Below are positions 50,998-60,031 of a stretch of DNA of 64,000 nt, piece by piece; within the stretch, counting starts at the first letter, position 1, and the number at the start of each line of letters is the position of its first letter. The translations under genes were made by a program, and so were the position numbers. The notes beneath the pieces are model-generated. The model was given only the letters and a program-made list of their open reading frames with translations, was not told where the DNA came from and did no database searches. The stretch is taken from the NCBI GenBank assembly GCA_039798785.1, contig JBDKFG010000020.1:1-64000 (forward strand), given 5' to 3'. This DNA comes from Verrucomicrobiota bacterium (lineage in GTDB: Bacteria; Verrucomicrobiota; Lentisphaeria; Lentisphaerales; Lentisphaeraceae).

Positions 50998-51211
50998 TTC
51001 CGTGCGAGCTTGTGTGCGATCTTGATGAGGACTCGGATTTTTGCGGAATCGGCGGTAAATTCCTTGCCATCCCCTTCCGATCGAGGGCGCGATTCGGAGC
51101 CGCTGAAACGGCTTGATCCGCGTCCATTCATGCAACGGCCCAACAGGGCCGTCAACCCAAGTTCGCGGCGGAGGCCGCAAAACCATGTTCACCACCCTGC
51201 AAGGACACCCC

Positions 51212-52405
51212 ATGAAAACCGCGATGACGCTGGTCTTCTCGCTCGTCTGCGTCCAGTCCGCCCTGGCCCAGACGGCAGAAAGCCAGCAAGACAGCACCGT
51301 CACACAGCAGACTACGGTCAAGAAAAGCACCAGCGTCGAAACTCTTGAGACGGTGCAGACTGTCACCAAGGTGGCTCCGAAGGCGCAGCAAAGCGTCGCC
51401 ATCTTCGTCCTTAACCGGGGCGGAGCCAAGATGGAAGCCTACCTTCCGGTGATGGAGGACTTCGTCACCGCCCAGGTCGCCGGCCGCGGCTTCTCCCTCA
51501 TCGCCAAAGAGACTCTCATGGGCAGCCGCAAGGAAGCCGAGAAGGGTGGATTCAATTACGATGACCAGACCATCCTTTCCCTCTCCCGTGATGTCGGCGC
51601 CGATTATGCCCTGGTGGTGACTTTGGCTCAGCTCGGCCAGATAACCAAGAAGCTCGACGATCCTCGCATCGGCCTCAATGAAAAGAACCTTGTCAGCAGT
51701 CTCGACGCCACCTTCAAGTTGATCGAGCTGAAGAAGGGAGCCGCGATCAAGGCCGGCATGGTCAACGCCTTCAAGGTATCCCGCGCCGACGCCGACGCCG
51801 GCAGCGTTGCCGAGATCGATGCCGTCACTGGCGGCGCCCTGCTCACCGATGCCGCGACCCAGATCAGTGAGAAGATCGCCGACTTGGCCGTCGCGACACC
51901 TGCCAAGCTGGACAGCGGCCTGATTGAGATTGAGCTCAACTGCAGTGTCGACGGATTGACCATTCCCGAGATCCTGAAGAAGGACGGCACTTGGGTTGTC
52001 GGAAGCAAGACCAGCAGCGCCGTCGCCAACGACGTGGTCGTCGAAGTTGATGGCATCATGGTCGGCACGGCCGGAGGCTCCCTCAGCGTCCGTCCCGGAC
52101 TGCACAAACTCCGTCTCAGCCGTGAAGGCTATGTCGAGCTCAGCCGCTTCGTCAACTTCATCCCCGGCCAGCGTCTCAACCTGAGCTTGGCGATGACACC
52201 TGCCACCCATGCTCGCCACGCCCAGGATCTGCTTCTTCTGCAAGGTCTGAAAGCCGGTCAAATCCTCACCGAGGCGGAAGCCTCGAGACTCGTCGGGCTC
52301 GCCGATTTCTACAAGAACTCCAAGGTCTCCTTCGATCTGAAGGTCGACGAGAAGAAGAACAGCGACTCACGCAAGAACATCGAAGTCAAGAAAGTGGATG
52401 ACTGA
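51212..52405 (+). CDS. Secreted protein with C-terminal PEGA-like domain
   Basis: Signal peptide; 'VEVDG..VGTA...LSVRPGLHKLRLSREGY'. Confidence 0.75.
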   Translation: MKTAMTLVFSLVCVQSALAQTAESQQDSTVTQQTTVKKSTSVETLETVQTVTKVAPKAQQSVAIFVLNRGGAKMEAYLPVMEDFVTAQVAGRGFSLIAKETLMGSRKEAEKGGFNYDDQTILSLSRDVGADYALVVTLAQLGQITKKLDDPRIGLNEKNLVSSLDATFKLIELKKGAAIKAGMVNAFKVSRADADAGSVAEIDAVTGGALLTDAATQISEKIADLAVATPAKLDSGLIEIELNCSVDGLTIPEILKKDGTWVVGSKTSSAVANDVVVEVDGIMVGTAGGSLSVRPGLHKLRLSREGYVELSRFVNFIPGQRLNLSLAMTPATHARHAQDLLLLQGLKAGQILTEAEASRLVGLADFYKNSKVSFDLKVDEKKNSDSRKNIEVKKVDD

Positions 52406-52407
52406 TC

Positions 52408-53433
52408 ATGAATACCCGCTACCTTTCCCGCATCGCCTGCGGACTGATGAGCTTCGGTCTGGTTTCCTCGATTGAAGCCGTGGCGCAGGATGCCGCCGCC
52501 CCGGTTCGGGCTCCGGATCCTCGGACCAACACCAACACTCTAGGGATTTCGGCGATCAAGATCGCTCCCGCACTGGAGCGCCATGCCAAGGCAGTCTCGA
52601 TCCAGCGCACCGCAGAAGCACTCAGCACCGAGCTTTCCGATGCCTTTGCCGCCACCGGCAAGTTCCAGGTGGTGGCGCGCGACGAATTGGCGAGGGTCCT
52701 CAGTGAGCAGAAGCTGGCGGAGTCGGGCATCGTCGACCCCCGCGATCCGGCGGCGGCCAAGTCTTTCCAGATCCGCGGTGTCAAATGGCTGGTCCTGAGC
52801 AATGTCTCGGACTTCTCCGACATCGTCGAGAAGGCCAATTTCGACTCCGGTCGCAGCGCCGAGCGCCGCACCGTCCGCCTCGGCGGCACGATCCAGATCA
52901 TCGATTCCAGCAGCGGCGTGCTCGCCGCTTCGATCCCGGTGCGGGCCGAGATGGACGATACGGTGATGAATCGAGAATATTCGGTGCGCGACGGCAACAA
53001 CGACGAAGAGCTCTACCGCTTGGTAGCCCGCGATTTCGCCAAACGTGGCGTCGCTGATATCCTGGATCGGGTGATGCCGGCCAAGATCCTTGCCCGTCCG
53101 ATCGACGGAGTCGCCTCGATTTCGCGAGGCCAGGGAACCAACATTGCCATCGGTGAGGTGTGGGACGTTTTCGGCCTTGGCGAGCAGCTGATCGATCCTG
53201 ACACAGGCGCTGTCCTGGGCAGCCAGGAACTCAAGCTGGGCAAGGTGCGCATCGTCGAAATCCATCCTTTGTTCTCGAAGGCACAGATCATCGAGGACAA
53301 CGGCATGGATCGCGGTCACATTTGCCGACTCAGCTTGGACAAGCCCAAGCCCGTGGCGCGCCCGGCAGTCCGGGTGGAAGTGCGCGATGAGGATGCGACG
53401 CAACCTCCTCCTCCCCGCCCTGCGAGCCCCTGA
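52408..53433 (+). CDS. CsgG/HfaB-like secreted protein with FlgT-like C-terminal beta domain
   Basis: TGKFQVVARDEL..VLSEQKL..SG; 'LIDPDTG.VLG.E.KLGKV.I'. Confidence 0.75.
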   Translation: MNTRYLSRIACGLMSFGLVSSIEAVAQDAAAPVRAPDPRTNTNTLGISAIKIAPALERHAKAVSIQRTAEALSTELSDAFAATGKFQVVARDELARVLSEQKLAESGIVDPRDPAAAKSFQIRGVKWLVLSNVSDFSDIVEKANFDSGRSAERRTVRLGGTIQIIDSSSGVLAASIPVRAEMDDTVMNREYSVRDGNNDEELYRLVARDFAKRGVADILDRVMPAKILARPIDGVASISRGQGTNIAIGEVWDVFGLGEQLIDPDTGAVLGSQELKLGKVRIVEIHPLFSKAQIIEDNGMDRGHICRLSLDKPKPVARPAVRVEVRDEDATQPPPPRPASP

Positions 53434-53445
53434 TTCAGGTGGAAC

Positions 53446-53482
53446 GACAAAAGCCTCCAGCCAGAAGCTGGAGGCTTTTGTC
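53446..53482. terminator. Bidirectional terminator (16-bp perfect inverted repeat)
   Basis: gacaaaagcctccagc-cagaa-gctggaggcttttgtc between convergent genes. Confidence 0.88.
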
Positions 53483-53550
53483 AACTTTGTAGATCAGGTC
53501 GCTCAACCATTGACCCTTTAGCTTCGTTCCTCCCTTGGGGAGGCGCGGCT

Positions 53551-54132
53551 TCAGCCCAGGCCGCGGAGGGTTTCGACGAAATCCTTGATGCCGATGGGTT
53601 TGACGATCAGGGCGTCGTGGGGGAAGTTTTTCAGTTCCTTGCGGGTCTGTTCGTCGGCGTAGGCGGTGACGACGACGACGCGGACTTGGGCGAAGTCGGG
53701 GTTGGATCGCATTTGCGAGATGAATTCGAAGCCGTTCATCTTGGGCATGTGGAGGTCGAGGAGGATGGCGTGAGGCTTCCAGGAGCCGACGAGGAGAGCG
53801 GCTTCGATGCCGTTGGCGGCTTCCTTGACTTCGAAATTGCCGGCGATGCCGAGGCATTCATGAGCGAAGCGGCGGAAGTTCTCGTCGTCGTCGACGAGGA
53901 GGATGCGGCGACCTTCCTTGACCTCTTCGGCGGCGGCTTCGAGCGCGCTTTCGTCGAGGCTGAAGCCGTGCTTCTTGGCGAATTTCTGCAGGTCGCTGCG
54001 GCGGAAGCGGCGGTGGCCGCCGGGGGTGGTGGCCGGTTCGAGTTCACCGCGTTCAACCCAGTTGATCAGGCTGGTGCGGGCGATGCCGAGGATGCGGGCG
54101 GCTTCGTTGGTGGTGTAGACTTCGCGCGACAT
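53551..54132 (-). CDS. Response regulator with N-terminal excisionase-like HTH
   Basis: YTT.EAA..LGI....L.NW...G....TPGGHRR plus receiver (VDDD, LLDLHMP, KP). Confidence 0.9.
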   Translation of the reverse strand: MSREVYTTNEAARILGIARTSLINWVERGELEPATTPGGHRRFRRSDLQKFAKKHGFSLDESALEAAAEEVKEGRRILLVDDDENFRRFAHECLGIAGNFEVKEAANGIEAALLVGSWKPHAILLDLHMPKMNGFEFISQMRSNPDFAQVRVVVVTAYADEQTRKELKNFPHDALIVKPIGIKDFVETLRGLG

Positions 54133-54156
54133 GGATAAGCTCCGGGTTAGACGAGT

Positions 54157-55146
54157 TCAATCGAAGATTTTGCGATAGGCATGGCAGTAGGGGGTGCTGC
54201 CTTTGCGGTCATAATAATCTTGATGGTAGCTTTCAGCGGGCCAGAATTTGTCGGCGCCCCGGACCTGGGTGGCGGGCTTCAATCCCTTGGCCTGGAGGCG
54301 GGCGATGAGCTTCTCGATGGTCTTCTTCTGCTCCTCGTCCTGGCAGAAGACGGCGGAGAGGTATTGCGGCCCGATGTCGGGTCCTTGGCCGTTCTTCTGT
54401 TCGAAATCATGGGTTTCGAAGAAGAATTTGGCGAGGGCTTCGAAGCTGGTCTTTTTCGGGTCGAATTCGATCTCGACGGCTTCGAGGTGGCCGGTCTCGT
54501 GACCGCAGACTTCCTTGTAGGTCGGGTTTTCCTTGTGGCCGCCGGCATAACCGCAGGTGGTGCTGACGACGCCGGGGAACTTCTGCAGGAAGAACTCGGT
54601 GCCCCAGAAGCAGCCGGAGGAGAAGACCGCCTTCTGGGTGTCGAGATTGATCGCCACCTGGGTGTCGCCGAGGGCGGCGGAGACGAACTTCATCGAGATC
54701 GAGTTGACGCAGTGGCGGGTGTTCTTGGCGGTGAAACCTTCGCCGAGGAAGACGTGGCCGAGATGCCCGTCGCAGCGGGCGCAGGTGATCTCGGTGCGGT
54801 GGCCGTCGGCATCGGGGACGCGCTTGACGGAGCCGGGGATTTCGGCGTCAAAGCTGGGCCAGCCGCAGTGGGAGTCGAACTTGTCCTCGCTGCGGTAGAG
54901 CGGGGCAGAACAACGGCGGCAGATGTAATAACCCGGGGCCTTGTGGTTCCAGTATTCCCCGGTGCCGGGGCGTTCCGTGCCCTTGCCGACGATGACGCGC
55001 TCTTCTTCGGGACTGAGCTTGTTCCATTCCGATGGCTGGTTCATCGTGACTTCCTTGCTGGCAGGCTGCGGTGCTGGGGGCGGCGGCGGCGGCTTGCAGC
55101 AGGCGCCGGTGATCAAGAGGCTGAGAATCAGCAGATTGCGTCTCAT
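54157..55146 (-). CDS. msrAB: Bifunctional methionine sulfoxide reductase MsrB-MsrA, with lipoprotein-like signal
   Basis: GTERP, GWPSF, RHCVNS (MsrB); GCFWG, AE.YHQDY (MsrA); N-terminal TGAC lipobox-like. Confidence 0.93.
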   Translation of the reverse strand: MRRNLLILSLLITGACCKPPPPPPAPQPASKEVTMNQPSEWNKLSPEEERVIVGKGTERPGTGEYWNHKAPGYYICRRCSAPLYRSEDKFDSHCGWPSFDAEIPGSVKRVPDADGHRTEITCARCDGHLGHVFLGEGFTAKNTRHCVNSISMKFVSAALGDTQVAINLDTQKAVFSSGCFWGTEFFLQKFPGVVSTTCGYAGGHKENPTYKEVCGHETGHLEAVEIEFDPKKTSFEALAKFFFETHDFEQKNGQGPDIGPQYLSAVFCQDEEQKKTIEKLIARLQAKGLKPATQVRGADKFWPAESYHQDYYDRKGSTPYCHAYRKIFD

Positions 55147-55152
55147 AATCCC

Positions 55153-55416
55153 TCAGAGTTTGCGGTAGACGTCCTCAAGGCTGAGGCCCTTGTCGATCAT
55201 CAGGACCTGCAGGTGGTAGAGAAGCTGGGAGATTTCAAGGGCGGCGTCCTCCTTGGTCTGCGCTTCGGCGGCAAGCATCACTTCGGCGGCTTCTTCGACG
55301 ATCTTCTTGCAGATGAAATGGGTGCCTTTCTGCAGTTCCTTGACGGTGCCGCTGTCGGGATTGCCGGCGGCGGCCTTGGCCTGCAGCTCGGCGAAGAGAG
55401 TCTCGAAGTTCTTCAT
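55153..55416 (-). CDS. hisE: Phosphoribosyl-ATP pyrophosphatase
   Basis: KKIVEEAAEV, EISQLLYH..V. Confidence 0.92.
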   Translation of the reverse strand: MKNFETLFAELQAKAAAGNPDSGTVKELQKGTHFICKKIVEEAAEVMLAAEAQTKEDAALEISQLLYHLQVLMIDKGLSLEDVYRKL

Positions 55417-55501
55417 GCCTTCCTCAATATTTTTATGCTTTCTAATGACAGGAATTTAAACCGCTTTGGGCGAAATCAAGCGAGGCTGCGATTTCCCTGT
55501 G

Positions 55502-56617
55502 TCAACGGATCTTCAGGGTGGCGAGGCCGATGCCGGCCAGAATCAGGGCGATGATCCAGAATCGGATCACCACCTGGGTTTCGCGCCAGCCCTTCTTCTG
55601 ATAGTGGTGGTGGATCGGCGCCATCAAAAAAACCCGCCGTCCTTCGCCGAAGCGGCGCTTCGTCCACTTGAAGTAGCTGGTCTGGATCAGGACCGAGGCG
55701 GCCTCCCAGACGAAGATGCCGCCGACGATGACCAGGAGCAGTTCCTGGCGGACGATGACGGCAATCAGGCCGATCGAGCCGCCCAGGGCCAGCGAGCCGG
55801 TGTCGCCCATGAACATCGAGGCGGGGTGGCAGTTGTGCCAGAGGAAGCCGACGCAGGCGCCGATCATCGCGGCGGCGAAGACGGCGATCTCGCCGCAGCC
55901 CGGGACGAAGGGGATGCCGAGATAGGCCGAGAACTTGACGTTGCCGGAGAGATAGGCGATGAGGAGAAAGACGCTGGTGCAGATGATGGTGCAGCCTGTG
56001 GCGAGGCCGTCGAGACCGTCAGTGAGGTTGACCGCGTTGGCGGCGGCGGTGATCACCAGGGCGCCGAAGAAGATGATCATCCACAGGCTCATTGCTTTCA
56101 ATGCCGGATCCTTGAGGAAGGGGACGTGCAGCTCGGCCATGTTTTCGGCGACGCCGGGAATCGAGCAGAGGGCGAGACAGGCAAGGGCGCCGGTCAATCC
56201 TTCGACGCCAAGCCGAAGCCGGCCGGAAATGCCGTCGCGGCCGGGATAGGCGACCTTGGCGTAGTCGTCCCAGAAGCCGAGAAGAGCCAGGATCGTCATC
56301 ACTGCCAGGGCGATCCACACCAGGGGCTGGTTCAAGGGCGCCCAGAGCAGGGTCGCGGCAATTGTGGCCAGGACGATCAGAATGCCGCCCATCGAGGGAG
56401 TCTTGGCCTTCGCCGCGTCGATCAGCTCCTGGGCGTTGGCCATGCCCTTATAGCGGTCGCCGGCGACGGCGCGCAGCTCTTTCAAAAGCCGCACCGTCAT
56501 CGGACCGAAGAGGATAACCAGCAGGAAAGCGGTGAGAAAGGCCCCACCCGAGCGGAAGGTGAGGTATTTGAAGATCCGGAGCGGGCCGTCTCCGTATTGG
56601 CTTAGCCAGTAGAGCAT
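55502..56617 (-). CDS. mraY: Phospho-MurNAc-pentapeptide translocase
   Basis: TPSMGG, DDY, NAVNLTDGLDGLA, FMGDTGSL, MAPIHHHY. Confidence 0.97.
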   Translation of the reverse strand: MLYWLSQYGDGPLRIFKYLTFRSGGAFLTAFLLVILFGPMTVRLLKELRAVAGDRYKGMANAQELIDAAKAKTPSMGGILIVLATIAATLLWAPLNQPLVWIALAVMTILALLGFWDDYAKVAYPGRDGISGRLRLGVEGLTGALACLALCSIPGVAENMAELHVPFLKDPALKAMSLWMIIFFGALVITAAANAVNLTDGLDGLATGCTIICTSVFLLIAYLSGNVKFSAYLGIPFVPGCGEIAVFAAAMIGACVGFLWHNCHPASMFMGDTGSLALGGSIGLIAVIVRQELLLVIVGGIFVWEAASVLIQTSYFKWTKRRFGEGRRVFLMAPIHHHYQKKGWRETQVVIRFWIIALILAGIGLATLKIR

Positions 56618-56632
56618 GGGGGATTTTTGAGT

Positions 56633-56674
56633 TTTAAGGTTTAAAGTTTAAGGTTTAAGGTTTAAAGTTTAAGG
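56633..56674. repeat. Heptamer array (TTTAARG)x6
   Basis: Direct reading; lies between the foreign ORF and the mraY start. Confidence 0.95.
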
Positions 56675-56694
56675 TTTTGGGTTGGGTTGTTCAT

Positions 56695-57225
56695 TCATTC
56701 TAACTTGCAAACTCTTTTACCATCTTCATAGAGAATGAAAATATCTCCTTCGGAAAAGCCCCAGTCAATCCTCATGTTGAATGGATGGCTTCTTTTCAAG
56801 GCTTCCACAAAGATGATCCCGGAATAGGCTAGAGGAAGGACATAGTCTGTAAAGCTATCTGCAGTATCAGGTTCTTTCCATTTATTGTAAGAATTGATCA
56901 GTCGAATTAGACTTCTGATGCTGTGATCTTTAGAGCTGGCATAAGAGTAATTTAAGTCGGTAGACGCACGTAGCGAAGTATATGGCTTGTTCAAAGTGTC
57001 TACATCAAAGAAGAGTTGTTGGATTTTTAAATCTTTGATTTTGGCATGAAAGTCATTCAGTGAGGCTAGCAAATCTTCAACATCTTTTTCGATGTTGGGT
57101 TTAGGCAGTTTGGCCCATTTATCAGAGGGTTTTTCTCTGTTGCAGTAGTCGAGGGTGTTTTGCCACGCGACATGTGGATCTGTAAAGTCTTTGATTTCAG
57201 AAAGTACGAACTCATATTCTTTCAT
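56695..57225 (-). CDS. AT-rich hypothetical protein inserted between murF and mraY
   Basis: 176-aa ORF with AAGGA RBS and sharply lower GC and different codon usage; no motif recognised. Confidence 0.8.
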   Translation of the reverse strand: MKEYEFVLSEIKDFTDPHVAWQNTLDYCNREKPSDKWAKLPKPNIEKDVEDLLASLNDFHAKIKDLKIQQLFFDVDTLNKPYTSLRASTDLNYSYASSKDHSIRSLIRLINSYNKWKEPDTADSFTDYVLPLAYSGIIFVEALKRSHPFNMRIDWGFSEGDIFILYEDGKRVCKLE

Positions 57226-57247
57226 GGGGCTATCCTTCAGTTAGGGA

Positions 57248-57302
57248 TTAAGGTTAAAGTGAGTTGGCGCTCAGCTTTAAACCTTAAACCTTAAACTTTG
57301 AA
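57248..57302. repeat. Heptamer array (CYTTAAA)x4, inverted relative to 56633-56674, with local hairpin
   Basis: ctttaaa-ccttaaa-ccttaaa-ctttgaa at 57275-57302; ttaaggttaaag-tgag...ctca at 57248-57273 can pair with it. Confidence 0.9.
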
Positions 57303-57311
57303 CTGAGTCGC

Positions 57312-58709
57312 TCACACCTCTTCGAGGATCTTTTCCATGGTCATGCCGCGGGATCCTTTGAGGAGGACCCAGTCGCCGCGGCGGAGGATGGGGCGGATCG
57401 ACTGGCCGGCGATTTCGGCATCGACGAAGAATTCGGCGGGGAAGTCCTTGAAGGCGTCGCCGATCTCTTCGCCGACGAGGACGAAGGTGGTTTTGCAGTC
57501 TTTCGGGAAGACCAGTTCGGCGGCGTGTTCGGCGAGGGCTTCGTGCAGTTCGGCGGTGCGGGCGCCGAGTTCGAGCATGTCGCCGAGGCAGAGGAAGACG
57601 CGCTTGGGCTTTTCCTTGCGGGCGCATTCGGCGACCCAGTCGAGGGCGGCGATGGTGGATTGCAGGTTGGCGTTGTAGGAGTCGTCGATCCAGACGATGC
57701 CGTCACGTTCGACCACCTTCATGCGGTGGGCGGGGAGCTTGAGGTTGGCGATCAGGGTCGAGAGTTTTTCCGGAGCCGGGGCGGCACCGAGGAACTCCGC
57801 TGCGGCGTAGGCGGCGGCGATGTTGCCGGCCTGATGCAGGCCGCCGAGGCGGGAAGGGAAGTCGAGAAGCTTGTCCTTGGGCAGGAGGATGTTCACCTTG
57901 GTGCTCAAGAGGGTCTGCGAGGGGCAGGAGACGCGGATGTCGGCGTCTTCTTCGGGGCCGAAGGTGAGGATCTTCTTGCCTTCGAGGGCGCCGGTGTTCT
58001 CGAGGAGGGCCATGGCACTGCGGGCGATGATGGCGAGGCCGCCGGGCTTGAGGCAGCGGAGCATCTCCGCTTTTTCCGAGGCGTAGGCGGCGGGAGAGGC
58101 GAAGTTGCCGGCATGGGCGTCGCCGAGCGCCGTGATGATGGCGACATCGGCCGGGCAGATCTGGGCGATCGGCTTGATTTCACCCATGTGATTGGTACCG
58201 AGCTCAAGGACGAGGAACTTGGTTTCCGGTGTGACACGGACGATGTTCTGGGGCACGCCGATCTGGTTGTTGGTGTTGTCGAGGGTGGCGACGACGGCCT
58301 TGGGCGCGGCGGCTTCGAGGATGGCGGCGAGGATGGCCTTGCAGGAGGTCTTGCCGGAGGAGCCGGTGATCGCGACGGTCTTGACCGCGCTTTGCTTGCT
58401 CAGCCAGAGGGCGGCGATGGCCTGGTAGGCGGCGACACTCTCGTTGACATGCAGTGCGGCGGGGCCTTCGGGCGGGTGGATGCCGTCGCGGGAGACGATG
58501 AGGAGTGATGCGCCTTTGGCAGCGGCTTCGGCGAGGTGGTCATGGCCGTCGAAGCGCTCACCTTTGAGGGCGAGGAAGGCCTGGCCGGCGACCAGGGTGC
58601 GGGTGTCGGTGGAGATGCCGCCGGTGAGTTCGAAGGGCTTCTTGGGGATGCGCAACCAACGGCCGGCGGTGGTCTTCTGGATCTCGGCGAAACTGAGGAA
58701 CTGGCTCAT
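57312..58709 (-). CDS. murF: UDP-MurNAc-tripeptide:D-Ala-D-Ala ligase
   Basis: STDTR, GERFDGH, AITGSSGKT, ELG.NH.GEI, DDSYNAN, GDMLELG, KGSRG. Confidence 0.96.
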   Translation of the reverse strand: MSQFLSFAEIQKTTAGRWLRIPKKPFELTGGISTDTRTLVAGQAFLALKGERFDGHDHLAEAAAKGASLLIVSRDGIHPPEGPAALHVNESVAAYQAIAALWLSKQSAVKTVAITGSSGKTSCKAILAAILEAAAPKAVVATLDNTNNQIGVPQNIVRVTPETKFLVLELGTNHMGEIKPIAQICPADVAIITALGDAHAGNFASPAAYASEKAEMLRCLKPGGLAIIARSAMALLENTGALEGKKILTFGPEEDADIRVSCPSQTLLSTKVNILLPKDKLLDFPSRLGGLHQAGNIAAAYAAAEFLGAAPAPEKLSTLIANLKLPAHRMKVVERDGIVWIDDSYNANLQSTIAALDWVAECARKEKPKRVFLCLGDMLELGARTAELHEALAEHAAELVFPKDCKTTFVLVGEEIGDAFKDFPAEFFVDAEIAGQSIRPILRRGDWVLLKGSRGMTMEKILEEV

Positions 58710-58860
58710 CGTGGGTTCTCCTGGGTAGTTGTTTGGGGAAAGGCAGGTCCGACCAAGGCGGCGGGCGCCCCGGTCTGACTGCCGTTTCCGGCGAAGCCTA
58801 GGGTGCCGCCTGCGGCGATCTTTACAAGTGCCGGGGCTCGGACGAAACCGGGAAATTTGA

Positions 58861-59075
58861 TCCTAAAATTCCCAAGCGGAAGGGAACCTGCTTGAAAGTT
58901 TGAAGGGTTGAAAGGCAAATGAATGAACAATAGAGATAAATGACGATTTTAACCTGTCTGGCATGACTGCCAGTCACAGGATTTGCCGAGAGCCCCGCGA
59001 AGTCCCTAGCTTTTTGCTGTCGTAGCTAATTCTTTCAACCTTTGAACCTTCCAAACTTTCAACTGCAGTTTTAGC
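58861..59075. mobile_element. Second, diverged family-A element
   Basis: cctaaaa...ttgaagggttgaaa...tgaacaata...tttgccgagag...ttgctgtcgtagctaa...ctttcaactgcagttttag, colinear with 28283-28503. Confidence 0.8.
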
Positions 59076-59186
59076 TCGGTCGATGGCTGGTAAAAGCCTG
59101 AGGCAGGATCTATCCTCTGGGAACCGCCGCAGCCGACGTCCGTCTCAATCAGCGGACACGGCAGCCTCCAACACCGTGGAAAAATC

Positions 59187-59939
59187 ATGAAAATTTTTGT
59201 CTGCCTCTTTTCCCTGCTCACCGCCACAGCGCTGGTCCCGAATGCCGCGGCACAGCTCAAGCCCGTACCTGCCGACCCCGCCAAGCAAGCATCCCAGGAA
59301 TTCCTCAAGACCACCCGGGATCAATTGCTCGGCAACTGCTGGTTCAAACTGGCGGGGAACGCCAATTTCCGTGGCAAGGACGGCAAACGACTGAAACTCG
59401 AGCTCGGGGTCAGCGCCGAACTCAAGCCCCTGGAACTCACCTTCCTGTCGACCTTGGATCAAGAGGCGGTGAAGCTGCATCATGACTTCGGCCTGAAGAA
59501 GAAGACCGTCCTCCTCGAAGATGGACGATTGAAACTGGGCTCGAAGTACGAAGCCCTTGACATCCGCCCCGAAGACCTTTCCTTGTCCTTCCTGTACTGG
59601 GATTTCCAGATGGAATACAAGCGCGACAGCCTCGGCGTCGCCCTGATTTCCTGCCGAGTCTTCAAACTCGCCAATCCCGATAGTCTCGACGAATATGCCA
59701 AGGTCTGGATCTCGGAGAAATATCTCGGACCTGTCAAGGTGGAGTGGTATCGAGGTTCCGATGACAAGCCCTTCCAGTCGCTGGAGTTTGAAGAGTTCAC
59801 CGAGGTCAACAAGGTCTGGGTGCCCACCATCATCAAGATGAGCAACGCCAAGGGCGAGCTGCAATTGAAGTTCGACAAGATCGACGCCGCCTTCAGCAAA
59901 GAGACTCCGGCGCATCTTTTCGAGAAAGCCAAGAAATAA
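59187..59939 (+). CDS. Outer membrane lipoprotein-sorting (LolA-like) family protein
   Basis: Signal peptide; D..EDL motif; 'VWIS....GP.KVEWY', 'VNKVWVP..IKM'. Confidence 0.65.
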   Translation: MKIFVCLFSLLTATALVPNAAAQLKPVPADPAKQASQEFLKTTRDQLLGNCWFKLAGNANFRGKDGKRLKLELGVSAELKPLELTFLSTLDQEAVKLHHDFGLKKKTVLLEDGRLKLGSKYEALDIRPEDLSLSFLYWDFQMEYKRDSLGVALISCRVFKLANPDSLDEYAKVWISEKYLGPVKVEWYRGSDDKPFQSLEFEEFTEVNKVWVPTIIKMSNAKGELQLKFDKIDAAFSKETPAHLFEKAKK

Positions 59940-60031
59940 GCAGCGGCTTAAGCGGCGCTCAAATCCGGGCGGACCGTCCTTGATTCCGAAGTCGTGGCGG
60001 CCGCTTTTCTCACTGTTGAAAGACTTGGAGA

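Noticed and set aside
53551..54132. Excisionase indicating a prophage or ICE
   Set aside because: The HTH is fused to a receiver domain, a common regulator architecture; no integrase or phage genes nearby.
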